Part shown: piece after piece, positions 24,520 to 37,382 of the stretch
How positions within the stretch are numbered: position 1 is the first letter of the stretch
How the letters are laid out: each line of letters opens with the position of its first letter
DNA from: Hydrolagus affinis
Taxonomy: Eukaryota
Direction of reading: 5' to 3'
NCBI GenBank assembly: GCA_012026655.1
Contig: JAAILG010000270.1
Coordinates: 62,001-116,337 of the forward strand
Length of the DNA stretch: 54,337 nucleotides
Position numbers and translations under genes: made by a program
The notes under the pieces: generated by a model
Seen by the model: only the letters and a program-made list of their open reading frames with translations
What the model was told of the DNA's origin: nothing
The model's database searches: none

Positions 24520-24650
24520 GAAACATATTCAATAAATTGTTAATTTGGGAGCTGCAAGATTTTTAGTCGTTTGATATGTTGCAGCCTATTTAATTCATCA
24601 CCAATATGGGAGATGATACTTTATATATCATATGGAATTGTTAGTCAAAA

Positions 24651-24800
24651 TCCAATGCAGTATTAGGGGAATACTGCCCTTTGGATGAGATGCTAAACTG
24701 AGTTCTTGTCTGTCTGTGCTGTGTTACGGGCCATTAAAGATCCTATAACATTGTTTCATTATTTTCCTAGTTTTCTGGCCAACAATCATCTAAATCATTC
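24651..24800 (+). mobile_element. old DeuSINE Deu-domain fragment
   Basis: CCAATGCAGTATTAGGGG...TTGGATGAGATGCTAAACTGAG...TAAAGATCC...CTGGCCAA; similar to 13277-13350. Confidence 0.65.
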
Positions 24801-25044
24801 ACCAGATGGCGTTTTGCTAAGTGTAAACTGGCTACAAAAGCAGAACCTACAGATTTGCCTACAAAAGCAGTGACACTGCTTGAGAGCTAGTACAAAGTTT
24901 TTAAACGACATTTTAAATTGACATTGAAATATAAGTTCAACTTTCCTTCTGCTCTGAATGAGGCTCAATCTGAGCTGGTTCAACACTTTTTTGGTCCATG
25001 GAAATTAAAGTTGGCCAGCTGAGCATTAAGTCTCCACTAATAAA

Positions 25045-25560
25045 CTCGCCGGTCTCCCCGCCACCACAATCCACAAAATCCAGCTAATTCAAAACTCTGC
25101 TGCCCGCATACTCACCCGCACCAAGCTTCAGTCCTTGCCAGACTTCACTGGCTCCTATCCCAGAGAGGATCGACTTCAAGATCCTCACCCTTGTTTTCAA
25201 GTCCCTCCACTCCTCTGCACCGCACTACCTCTCTGATCTCCTCTCTCCCCAAACCAGCATCCGCTGCCTTCGCTCCATCGGATCTGGCCTCCTCCATGTC
25301 CCCCAAATCCTCCGCACCACTCTCAGCAGCCGTGCCTTCAGCCACTATGCCCCAAAGCTCTGGAACTCCCTTCCTAGCTCCCTTCACCTCGCCCCCTCTC
25401 TTCCCAGTTTCGGGTCACAGCTGAAGACCTTGCTCTTCGACTGCGTCTTTGGTCACCTTTCTACCCCTGCCCCTGACTCGGTCCTGGGATCCGCTAGTGT
25501 GAAGCGCTCTGAGACACCGTCCGGCGTGGAGTGCGCTATATAAATCAAAGTTGTTGTTGT
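25045..25560 (+). mobile_element. L2 LINE 3' fragment (ORF2 C-terminus, frameshifted)
   Basis: LAGLPATTIHKIQLIQNSAARILTRTK...VLARLHWL...RIDFKILTLVFKSLH...RAFSHYAPKLWNSLP; family-A tail plus (GTT)n. Confidence 0.93.
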
Positions 25561-25579
25561 AATAGTACAGAGTAAGGGA

Positions 25580-25638
25580 ACAACAACAACAACAACAATA
25601 AATTATATTTGTATAGCGCCTTTCACGTCCCAAGGCAT
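25580..25638 (-). mobile_element. L2 3' tail (family B), tail-to-tail with the previous element
   Basis: (AAC)n-AATTATATTTGTATAGCGCCTTTCACGTCCCAAGGC. Confidence 0.8.
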
Positions 25639-27802
25639 TGGATAGTCAGGGAATTGGATCCAGTCTAGTATGCATTCAGTATCAACCTCAATACTGATCT
25701 TGGTACAATGGAGGCGAACCATAACTTATCAGTCTCAAAAGAAAAAAAGCAACCTAACCCAGCCCATCACATAAACCTTCTAGTGGCTAGTAACTGAGCA
25801 CTATTGGCAGAGGTCTATAAGAGCTGGTAACTTGACTGCCCTCTCAGTCTAGGTGTGAGACTCTACCCTGCTTGAAGGGCACTATATCAAATGCAAAGAT
25901 TATTATATAAGTGCAAGTTATCGTTGTTGAGTGTTGCTTAATTTAGATGTAAAAAGGAAAGAGAATAGAATTGCAAAAAGTGAAAGCATATTGCCATACA
26001 GTATTTGTTTTCAAGCAGAAAAAAAAGACATATCATCAATAGCAAGAATTTCAAAATGCTTTAGGCATTAGTACCCATTTAAGCTTTGATGTGAAAGTAC
26101 AGAGAAACACCAAATAAATGCATCAATGTATTTCATCTTTATTGTTTCTTTTATCTAGTAAATGGAACATCTGAGAAAGAGACTGGAGATATGGCTGTTA
26201 TGCTAATAGAAAAAGTATGGATGAGTCAGAGAATTGTCCTAAAACACTTTTGGTTTTCTATTAGTTTGCACATTCAAATTATTCCATAAATGTCCTTAAC
26301 CTCTTTTCTTCCTCTAGAAAACCAAAGAATGTCAATTCTTAGCCTCTAGCCAATTAGAATAAAGCTCTTGGCCTAAACCCAACATCATCATTATAAAGGC
26401 ATTCGTATAATCTAAACTTTCAGATCTTCATCAATTTATTATTAACAAGTGCATTACTTTGTAATGCATGGAAATGTTCTTCCACGGAGGATTAAGTTAA
26501 TGGGTGACTGGTTAGAGCTGGATAACAAGCACAGGGCAGATAGCCCACAGTATGAAAGTATTATACTCACACATGAGGCATTATTAAAGAAACAAAGATA
26601 AATATTGCAACCCTGGGAGGTACATATTCAAGGCTTTTAACCCCAGGACAAAAAGAGATAGAGAGAAGGACAAAGCACAATCCCTGATCCTGAAAGATTA
26701 CAGGAGATTAAAGGGGTGTCAGTGCCACATTGGGGAATTTGTGCTAGGCCAAATCCCTGAAGCAGTTAGAAATCGCCTGTCATCAGAACTCCTCTGAGCT
26801 ACAACCATTTGTTGGTCATTGAAGTGAGTTTGCACGACAGAAGTTGCTGCAGACTTCTGAAATGTGATTTATCTTGTGTAAAACAAAGGTTAGATTTTAT
26901 TTAAAGTGATTCGATGCAGCTGTTGTGCATTGGAACCCTTTGGTTTGCTAGCCTTGTGAAGCAGATTAAAAGATAACTATTTTTGTTAATGATGGTGTTT
27001 TAAGACATCAAATTTATTTTATTTGTTTCTCAGTGTTTTCACCCATTGCATACAGATGAAGGGAATCTACCAATTTAAAGTCATACAGATCTTAAAAAAT
27101 GATGTGATGTCTTCGAGGAGAATATGGAATGAGGGAAAACATGGCAATGGATAACAAAGTCGAATCCAGCAAATCCTATTTTACAAAATACATTTATCGC
27201 TCTTACTTCTGGGCAGCCAAACGCCTCGATGCTTAAAGTACAAGTAGAAGAGCTACAAAAAAACATGCAGACTTCAGAATTCCATCAAAAAAGAAAGTTG
27301 AGAAAGTAGAAGATGTCCATGGATGTCAAAAATTATTCTGCAACTTCTTCAAACCATTATTATGCTTATTATCCCAATCTTATAATGTTAGCACCAAGTT
27401 CAAGTCCTTTCACCAAAGGCATTCATTCACCAAAGGCTTTCAAAGCAGGTTTCCTGAAGCCAGTCAGAAACATTGGCAAGTGATCTTAATCAGCAACAAA
27501 CTAGACCATCTCTAATGAGAAGAATAACAATTTGGCTGGGATACACAATATAGTAATTGTATCTTGGAACTCTGAGATCACAAACCACAAGAGTAGAGTT
27601 TAAACAGCTTTTAAAATTGTCAGAATCCTGAGATTTAACAGTGCCTTAGATCTCAGTGCCAGACATCTGTTATTGTCTTCATGTTTTGGTAAGGACCAAT
27701 CTCGCACATCCACTGTCATGGTTACCAGAATATCATCATCTATTGTAAGAGTTTATGGGGAGGTGTAGACATTAATAATAAATGTTTAAATAATGATTGC
27801 AG

Positions 27803-27860
27803 CAGCCCAGTAGCTCAAAGCTGTTAACCTAGAAGGTTGTAAGTTTGAATCCCAAAGATG
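27803..27860 (+). mobile_element. possible ancient tRNA-derived SINE head
   Basis: TAGCTCAA...AAGGTTGTAAGTTTGAATCCCA, A/B-box-like. Confidence 0.35.
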
Positions 27861-28604
27861 GCTATGATTTGAACTCACTTGGCCAATATGGCACAGATGA
27901 AGTGCCACGCGATAGTCATTCCACATGGGATAGGAGCTAGCCTGGTATTTTATCTGGTATTCCAAATAATAGTTGACTTCCAGGCTAGTTCATCAGTCAA
28001 TATCAACTCACTGATATTCTACAGTTTGGGCTGATTTAAGAAACCGTGTACCGTGTACCTGTGGATAAAAGTAATAACATAGAAATTCAATACAAATACA
28101 AAGTTTCATTTGAATAATGCTTTCATTTTGGATTCTGCAGTTAAAAAATCATTAATGCATCAATTAATGCTACAGTCTGGCATTCCTGACATGTTTGAGA
28201 TATCAAATGGTGGTCCAGCACTAATATAACACTTGATATTGTATGCTGACAAGCCATGAAGTAGCAAAGTATTGCTGCGTCCACTCTGATTGAAGTACAG
28301 TTCTAATGTCAAATGCAGTACTGTACATTCAATTTTTTTTTTTATTTCTTTCCTTTTGGGTTTCAATGTTTAAAATAATGAACCACAAAAGCCAAAGGGC
28401 TGTGGTACATCAGCAGAAGATGGGCTATTTGTTTTAGTTCCTGCAGTGTCATTGATTTGATCGTTTATTTTGATGGTACATTTTCTTCTTGAATGTCCAC
28501 GGCTTATTTTGCCAAGTGAACAAGTGGGTGAGTACTCCCTAAAAGTGAATTAAAAAGAGATCTTTAGGTTGATTTGATGATTCCAATATGCAACTCGTTC
28601 AATG

Positions 28605-28915
28605 TTTGAACTCTCGTCTTGCAAGCAAGAGACCTGGGTTCGATTCCCAGCAGGGCGAAAACTTGGGTAAGTTTCCTTACTTCCACACACCTGACAATAA
28701 TCCCTCAAGAAACCCCAATAATAAATTGGTCATTTCAATTCACACCTGCATGTGGGACACTGCTGTGCGCAACTGGCTGCTGCATTTCATTCACAATATA
28801 TGGAGTCAATTCACTTTAGTGTACTTACAGTATATTCTGTGAAGTGCTTTGAGACGTCTAGAAGATGTAAAAAGCATTGTATGAAATGCAAGGATTATTA
28901 ATAAAATTATTATTA
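28605..28915 (+). mobile_element. tRNA-derived SINE, near full-length
   Basis: B box GGTTCGATTCC, Deu-type core GTGGGACACTGCTGTGCGCAACTGGCTGC, tail with (ATT)n. Confidence 0.9.
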
Positions 28916-29699
28916 AGGATTATTATTACTATTACTATTATCAAATGTGACTGTAACCCAGGAATGGATTTCAGGTTCTGGTAAACATACAAGTAAAAAT
29001 ATTGGTTAAATAAAGCTAAATAACATTTGTTCAGATAAATATCAAATAAATCACGTAATGTGCATTTTGAAGCAGGTAAATAGAAACAACTAGAGAGTTT
29101 AGGGAAATAAGAGACTAAATATATGGTTGATTTTTCAAATCTTGTTTAATTGGTTTGCAAAATATTTATTTGAATATTGCCGCAATAGAAGTGTGTGAGT
29201 AGCAGTGCAATATTAGTGTAATATTTTCAGCTCGTTTGGATACAAGCTGAAATAATTTTAAAATGACCAGCCCGGGAAGCCTCCAATTCCCTGGAGCTGT
29301 ATATCGGGCTCTGAATTACCATCAGTGTGAAGGAACGTTCCACAGTATGAGGCCTTCTGGCACCCCTCCCCCACCTCCCCTATCTTCACATATAATTTTT
29401 GCTTGGCTTTCAGTGAGTTAGCGATCGTTGCCACCTGATTGTATGTGCTATCACTTTATTACCAATAATAATATTAACTTTAAGCGCATATTCCATCTCA
29501 ATTGCACCTAACGATTTAAAGTTATATTGGCATGATGATTGCCAGAGAATTCATACTAATTGTGGAGTTTGATCAGTTTAACAGAGGTGTAAATTTTTCC
29601 TTTGTTATTTGTAAATAGGCATTTAAGATTTAATACCCTTACTCTCTTCAAAATATTAAAACATAAAAACAGATTTTTTTTTAAAAAAAGTGATTTTCA

Positions 29700-30250
29700 A
29701 ATAAACTTCTACTTTACGGTAGCCATTCAGTGGAACATGAGAACATTTGAATGACAAGGCCAATAATTTGTCCTGCTTACTAAATTAGAGTGCCATAAAT
29801 TGCAAAATATAATGAAACAGCAATTTGCATATTTGCTGCAATATTAAAAGGGATCAGTTTTAGCTCACCAACCAGAACAAACAAAAACACGCAATTTAAT
29901 ATCTCAATTTACTCCAAGTAAGTGACCCTCACCAGAAAGCCTGATTAGCGATTAATTAGGAGCCTAAAAAAACTAAATCCTCTCTCAAATCCCACTCTGT
30001 GTGTATAGTGCAAGATGCAGCCACGAGTTTAGTCCCCGATCCAATATTTACTCTTCGCTGATATGTTTGCATGAGAATCTTTCAGGGTATTACAAAGACA
30101 TGGGAAAATTAATATTCAAATATAGTGCCTATGAAAGTAATCATCACATGCAGGTGGCAAAGCAATTATCAGGCTGGCATTTATAGTATATTTAATTAAT
30201 AGTTTGTCTATTGCAAACCTGGTTTTAATTTCTTAAATGTTTAATCCTTA
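29700..30250. promoter_or_regulatory. putative developmental enhancer / CNE-like block
   Basis: TTTACGG 29713, GCCATAAA 29792, octamer ATTTGCAT 29823, multiple TAAT; lies in a 2.7-kb stretch with no recognisable TE. Confidence 0.4.
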
Positions 30251-31673
30251 TTTATCAAATATAGCACACTATTTTGGAGTGACATCTGGTAAAATAAAAA
30301 AGCAATTTAAAAAAGATTGATATACCATAACATTCTAGTGTTCAAAATGCAAAATTCCCGAACAAAAACTAGGTTAGAAGAGTTGATACATTTATATTGT
30401 TTATGATCCGCAAAAGGAACAGCACAGTTTCTTTTTGTTTATTTGCATTTTGCCTTAAAAATACAATAGAGTGTATCTGTGATATGAACCATGCATCAAA
30501 CCACCTCAGCAATTTGATGTTAAGCATTTTTTCCTTTCAGATTCAATACAAATGAATGTAATGTGAACTGTGCAAACTTCAATCTTTTAATTTTAATATT
30601 TTGCATGTGTAAGCATTTGGGAACTGTGTTTCATTGCTAAGTCAGAGATGCAATTCATGTATTGGAAATTCAGCAAATTTAGTTAAAAATAATTTTGTAG
30701 ACATCACACGGAAAGCTTGATTAATATGAAAATTGCAGAGGAGATTCCACATTCAGCCTGAATAGCCTCTAACTCTCTGGACTCGCAATCTCAATTGCTG
30801 CTAGTTATGACAAATCTATTTTTCATGGTAAAAGTAGGCCAATGATTGCAAGCTATTCAAGCACAATATTTGCGTGTGGCCTAATGCGTTGTGGATAGCT
30901 CCTTTAACCTCATATGTCAGTGTGCCCTAATTTCTTAATATAGTACGATCGAAAGCGTTCCAATTTGTGCGGAATTTAATGAAGCAGCTTGAAAACGGAT
31001 CGTTTTAATAAGAACTTTGATTAGATTAAAATAATTCTCTTTCATTGTTACAGAAGAGTAAAATTCAAACAGTTTTAGAAGCGCTAGACCTTAGTACCAT
31101 CGCTGAAGCTATTGCATAAAAGGAAAATCCGAATAAAAGCATTCAATAAAAAAAAACACACCTTTCTTCTTCTGCTGCCATCTCCTCCATCTACTTACTT
31201 GGAAGGGAAGTCGTTTTTTCGCCACATAAAAAAAAACTTACATTTGTTGAACACCAGTTTTGTAGCCAATGAAAAGCTGAATTGTTGTATCATTAGTGCC
31301 CACCAGATCCATCTTTGATGTGCAAAATCACATCAAACCATAAAGCAGCGACCGAGAAGGAATAAATGTGGCTCACTCATCCCCATACAGAGCTTGCACT
31401 GGGAGAAGTAAAGTTATCCACAGTATTTTGTGTTAAAATCCATCCACCATTCCCTCACCCATCTGTCTAATTGTATCAGATCTGATTCAATGTTATTTAT
31501 CCTCCTTAGACTGTCACCAACTCACATAATTTGGTACAATCAGCAAGTTTAATAATAACAAGAAATTGTCTCTTCCAAGTCTTACTTGCAAATAATGTGA
31601 ACAGCAGGATTTCCCAATACAAATTCCTACAAAACATCAGTAGCTGCAAAGAGAGAGAATGTTTCCTCCATTA

Positions 31674-31985
31674 TAATAATAATAATCCTTGCATTTGATA
31701 TAGCGCTTTTCACATCCTATCGACATCTCAAAGCGCTTCACAGAATATACCGTACTGTAAAGTGAATTGACTGTATATATTTGTGGGCGAATCGCGGCAG
31801 CCAATTGCACACAGCAGTGTCCCACAAACAGTTGTGGATTGAAATGACCAATTTTATTATTGTGTTTTTTTTTGGGAGGGATTATTATTAGGCATGTAGA
31901 GTAAGGAAACTTGCCCAAGGTTTCGCCCTGACCTGCCTGGATTCGAACACAGGTCTCCCCAGCTTGGTCTCCCCAGCTTGTAATA
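31674..31985 (-). mobile_element. tRNA-derived SINE, duplicated-head subfamily, 5'-truncated
   Basis: Reverse complement of the SINE; carries (CAAGCTGGGGAGAC)x2 as at 41641. Confidence 0.92.
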
Positions 31986-33847
31986 CTTGCGTTTGATACA
32001 GCAACTTATCGTGTCTCTCTAATAAACCATCTGATGATTAATGATAATAAATAGAATTGTACCAGATATATAAAAACATTTTTTAATGAAGTGGTGATGG
32101 GTAAGTTGAAAGCTTGAATCAGTCAGGAAAAGAAAATATGAATCTAATGATAAAATGATTCTTACTAAAGGCATTACATTACAGCGAAAATACAAAAACC
32201 ACATAATCTAGTCACTACGATACAGTTACTTGATATCGTAACCTGCTTGAAGTGCTGTTCCAAGGCAGGCCAGCCAATGCCCAACTAGACCAGCACTTGA
32301 AATGCAAATCAGTAGCAAAGCTGACTAATAATGAGAGCAAATTCCAGCAGCAGGAAAAAATGCATACATTAAAAAAGATCTGAACGACTGGTAGAGAATC
32401 CAGGAGGCACCCTGATGTCCTCAATTAGGGCGAGTGACATTCACAGTATATGTTACTTTAATAAAGCCCTCACTATGTATTCAAAAGCACACGACTCTAA
32501 CACTGTTAACATTTTAATGTATTGGGCGTGCCTGGTAACACTAATTGCCAGCCGATTTAGCTGGTTTCTGAATCTCTTTGATGTCCTGCTCCAAATCGAA
32601 ATCTGAGCTGCAGCTTAGGAGTGTTACATCAAAAAATAATAAGAAATATTTACTGAACTGCACAAGTCATGGTATGCTCGTCTGGTTCAAATATACTTAT
32701 TTACTCTGAGTCTCAACTGAAAGGCTAAAGAGCCCATTTAATGAATTTTAAAGGGGATGGAATTCTAGGTCGTTTTCTCAGCAGACAGAATGGCACAAAA
32801 CCTATATCTGAATGTACCCAGAAATTTCTATAAATCCCACAATTTGCATCTTACAATAAGGGAGAGAATTCTGGCGATTACGGACATGTTCTTAATAATG
32901 AAGGATTAATTCAATGGCTTCTATAAAATATGTTATAGGCAAATGGATTTATAACACTAGGAAAATCTTAGAGATTTACTCTAAATCCTTGTGACTTAGA
33001 TTTGTGCACTTGTTGCTTAACAATATACGTATATATATTTTATTAAATTTATCTAAGGAGTATCTAAATTATTACTGTGTGATATCAATCCAATTTTGTG
33101 CTGCAGAGCTTAACCAATCTGAGAAAAAGGAATCGAGTGGATTAAGAAAGCCAGAATCATTCTGTAGTTAGAGGGACCCGAGTGGCTTGTGCAAGAGAAC
33201 AACTTAATCACCTCCACAGACATCAGACATGCAAATCCAGCCAGGTACTCTGACAAGCATCTGAAACACTTAGAACCATTGTTAGCTACATCTGCAAGAG
33301 TAGGTAAAATTCAACATTTACTGATATTTATCTGATATTTATCTTTGCAAAGGGAGGTGCACAGTTGATCAGTAGTCAATCTAAAAGGTAAGATTTACAA
33401 ATAAATACAATATTCCTAAAAAAAAGGAAATGTGTTTGACGACTTTTTAAAATCAGGATTAAGGATTTTTCTGTGAATAGAAATTCATGCTTTGGTAAAG
33501 CAAATCTTTGCTAGGGATCTGACACTTTGCATGGCCAGTACAAGGGCAGATAAAGTACCACCTAGCTGTTAAAGCTCTAATCAAACAGAATAAATCATCA
33601 AAGAGACCAATATATTTGTAATTTGATAGATTTTCATATTTAGAGCTAACTAGATGAGTCAGAGAGCATTAAGTGAAGGTTAGGAGAATTCATCACTGAA
33701 AGCAAAAATAATGTGGACAAAGGCAATGGACTGAGTTTATGTTGAATGCTTTAACATTATATTAGCCGCAAAAAGCAACACCATCTATACGAAGATTCCC
33801 ATCAATATGAAGACATATTTAACTCCTTACTCTTGCAATGATGTGGT

Positions 33848-34148
33848 AGTCTTGTAGCTCAGTTGTTAGAGCATTCAACTTACAAGCGAGAGACCTGGGT
33901 TCAACTCCAAGCAGGACGAAACCTAGGGGAAGTTTCCTTACTACACATGCCTAATAATAATTCCTCAAAATAAAACAATAAATTGGTGATTTCAATCCAC
34001 GACTGTTTGTGGGACGCTGCTGTGCACAATTGACTGCCGCATTTCGCCCACAAATATACAGTCAATTCACTTTCCAGTATATTCTGTGAAGCTCTTTAAG
34101 ATGTCCAGAAGACGTGAAAAGCGCTATATCAAATGCAAGGATTATTAT
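33848..34148 (+). mobile_element. full-length tRNA-derived SINE
   Basis: TAGCTCAGTTGTTAGAGC...GGGTTCAACTCC...GTGGGACGCTGCTGTGCACAATTG...GTGAAAAGCGCTATATCAAATGCAAGG(ATT)n. Confidence 0.93.
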
Positions 34149-34918
34149 AATATTATGTTTCTATATTTCAGCAACCAAACAAATGCCACATTATCAAAGG
34201 TGGAGCAGATTCAATTTCACCTAAATTGCATTCTATCAGGATCTATCTGTCCTTGATAAATTTAGCCCAACATGAATGCGCCTAGTCACAACAGTTGTGT
34301 TTTCATAATATATTGCAAATATATTCAGAAATATCTCCAGGCAGAGAATAGTCCACCAGAGAACATTCTTTATCCAGTGAGCATCAGAATAACCCACTTG
34401 ACTCCAAACAGCAGATTGACATGAGAGGAGTCAAAGACAGGAGAGAGCTGAAGGGCAGTGGTGAAGCAGAGGATTCCTGTGAAAAGCATCGCTAACGTGT
34501 GCACAGCTACAGGACGACAAGATCTGCCAGAGAAGTTGAATACTCTGTGCAAAGATACAAACAGAGTGAAATAAAAGAGTAGAATTTTATGATGGAATGT
34601 TAAATGTATTTAAATCATAGGCCGAGGTGTTAATCAAGGTAAAATAAAATAACCGAAGGGAGCAGTTTAACCCTTTAAGACGTTCAATCTTCAAACGAAA
34701 CACAATTGTAATGGAGCCCTCTCTGGAGGCCTAATCTGGAATTGAAAAAAAGGTAGAAGAACTAATGCAATTAGTCTGAGAAAAAGATGAATGAAGGAAA
34801 TAAAGTCTCTCAGAAGCAAAGTACTGCTCTACCTGGAGCTGAAGGGAATTCAGTAACACTACCTCCTATATCCAAACTCTAGAAACACTTCAGAAGATTG
34901 CCTAATGCTAATTTGCGG

Positions 34919-35040
34919 GCGTTTGCCTAATGCCCGTAAATATACAGTCAATTCACTTTACAGCATATTCTGTGAAGCGCTTTGAGACGTCGATAAGATG
35001 TGAATAGTGCATATCAAATGCAATGATTATTATTATTATT
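34919..35040 (+). mobile_element. SINE 3' fragment
   Basis: AAATATACAGTCAATTCACTTTACAG...TGTGAAGCGCTTTGAGACGTC...(ATT)n. Confidence 0.88.
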
Positions 35041-35634
35041 TCAGAATATACTTGTTGCATTGAATATTAACAATATACACGCATTTCACAATCTAAGAGA
35101 CCAAGTACAAAACATGAGCTCTTCAAATCTTTATGTACAGATAAAAACTTTGACCCACTTTATTCATTCTTGTGTAACCACCAATTTTCTTTTTAAAAAA
35201 ATTCAAGTGGAAGCATGACGATTAAATTATTTGAAACATATTGCTTCAGGAAAAAAATATTCCCAATTCTCAGTGTCATCGTCTTTTATAGCACACTGGC
35301 CCAATTTGTTTGAGATATTCCTTCTCATATGGTACTGATGGAACTACATGCACAACATGTAGGTGAGACTGAGATTTCCACACTTTTACTTAAATAGTTA
35401 TTCACCGTTTCGTTATAAGATGAACGATTTTTCACCTGCAAACTCTGGATTGTGTTCGATAATAATTTAAATAAAAGCTTAACATTTGTAACATAACAGC
35501 AAGTTAAAAAAAGAAAAGATCCAGAGTTTCAATTAAGGTATTTGGTAAATTGCCTTTCGTACATTTTGGAAAGAGAATATTGCTTTCAGTGACTTGGAGT
35601 ATTTGTTGGGAAGGAGACCTGACCACTAATGGCA

Positions 35635-35653
35635 TACTGTCCCCTAGTGGTGC
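35635..35653 (-). promoter_or_regulatory. candidate CTCF site
   Basis: Minus strand GCACCACTAGGGGACAGTA versus the core CCASYAGRKGGCR. Confidence 0.4.
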
Positions 35654-35832
35654 ACTTTGCAAAACAGCTAGTGAAAAAATCCCTTTGTTTTGTTTTCAAC
35701 AAATCAAACAACTTCAAGGCAAATATTCACACGTTAGTTTGGTTTTATTTCAAATTTCACCTTAGCATTACAATAAATCTATAGAAGACATCATAGGAAA
35801 TATGTGGGTGTGGCAGATGCTGTAAGGGAGGC

Positions 35833-36030
35833 AATAATAATAATCCTTACAGTTTGATCTAGCGCCTTATCACGTCTTTGAGACGTCTCAAAGCGGCTTC
35901 ACAGGATACACTGTAAAGTGAATTGGCTGTACAGTATATATTTTGTGGGCGAAACGCGGCAGCCAATTGCGCATGGATGGCAGCGTCCCACAAACAGTCA
36001 TGGATTGAAATGACAGATTTATTAATTTTT
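35833..36030 (-). mobile_element. SINE, 5'-truncated
   Basis: (AAT)n...AAACGCGGCAGCCAATTGCGCA...CAGCGTCCCACAAACAGTC. Confidence 0.9.
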
Positions 36031-36986
36031 TTACTGAAGGGCGGGGCTTATAGCACGGCACAGACTCACACCAGCGTGCGGTGTCATGGGGGGGTATGAG
36101 CAAAGTTGAGGTGTCTTAGATCCCATTAGAAGAAATCTATTTTTATGTATGCAACCATATTGTTCACTTTGTGAATGTTGGTGCTGAAAGATCGAAGCCG
36201 GACTTCTTTTGAGTTGTTAATAAAGTGTGGTCTTCTCATTTCTCTGGCACCACCACCAGGACTTTGTCTGTGCAGATCAGAGAATCAAAAGAACAGCGAA
36301 GGCAAGAAAGTCAAAGTGCCAACAATCTGTATAATAACAGATCGAATTCCATCGTGAATTGCTCTCTTGACTCCCTCTCCCTGTTTGCTTCTCTCTCTCT
36401 CTCTGTCCCTGTATAGAAATGGCGGCTGTCTCTTTTATTCACACCAAAAACTCATGTCCCGACGCCACCTGACCCCTGCGGCTGCGCCCGGTCCCCCACT
36501 TAATGGCCGTGTTGCCCCTCGGAGTGATCCCCTCTCGTGCCGCCTGTTTACTCGCCACCTTAACGTTAAAACTGCTCGCCACTGCGTATGCACCCCCCTC
36601 TCCCAGCTTCAAAACCAGCCGTGCAGCAGCATTAGACAAGGGATGGGAAATTCCTTACTTCATTGAAAATAAGTCTTGAACCTGCACAGTGAGATCTCCC
36701 AAGCAGAATATAACCTCACTGTCATAAACATCTTAAATTCTACGTGGTGTTCAACCGGGGATCTAAAGTTACTAACAGATCTGGCAGCCAGACCGAAAAT
36801 CTGATAATGATGTCAGGTTTTAAATCGCTAAAAATGCAATTAATCTGCATAAAGCATCTACGATGCTGATATAGCTGTGGGATTCTTAAATCACAAAACA
36901 CAATCAATGTCCCATCAATCTATGAACCAGTCCTACAGTAACATCAGAACAAGGTTCCATCACCTACATCCACCGACATCCACCAC

Positions 36987-37023
36987 CCACACACACACAC
37001 ACACACTCACATACACACACACA
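36987..37023. repeat. (CA)n microsatellite
   Basis: Direct reading, two interruptions. Confidence 0.9.
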
Positions 37024-37126
37024 GACGAGAGATAGGCTCACAAGACAACAAAATTACATATGTATAGAGCCTTTCATGTCCCAACATGAGTTTCAATACT
37101 GTGCTGAAGACAAGAATGTGAAGATA

Positions 37127-37382
37127 CAACAACAACAAGAAAATTTCATTTATAGAGCACCTTACACGTCGGGAAGATGTCCCAAGGCACTGAACAGTCA
37201 GGTTGAGACCTGAGCAAGGGGGAGGTGCAAGGTAGAGGGGAGGGAGAGGGTTAGGAGGGGAGGGAGAGAGTTGGGAGGGCGGCAGAAGGCACGATCAAAG
37301 AGGAAGGTCTTGAGACCGGCCATGAAGGAGGCAAGGGAGGAAGCGAGGTGAAGTGACTGCGGGATGGAGTTCCAGAGTGCTC
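37127..37382 (-). mobile_element. L2 3' fragment (family B)
   Basis: ORF 37198-37416 contains ALWNSIPQSLHLASSLASFMAGLKTFLFDRAF, the L2 ORF2 C-terminus; (AAC)n tail. Confidence 0.9.

Noticed and set aside
25145-25633. ORFs of 72-80 aa
   Set aside because: Off-frame or antisense readings of the L2 fragment
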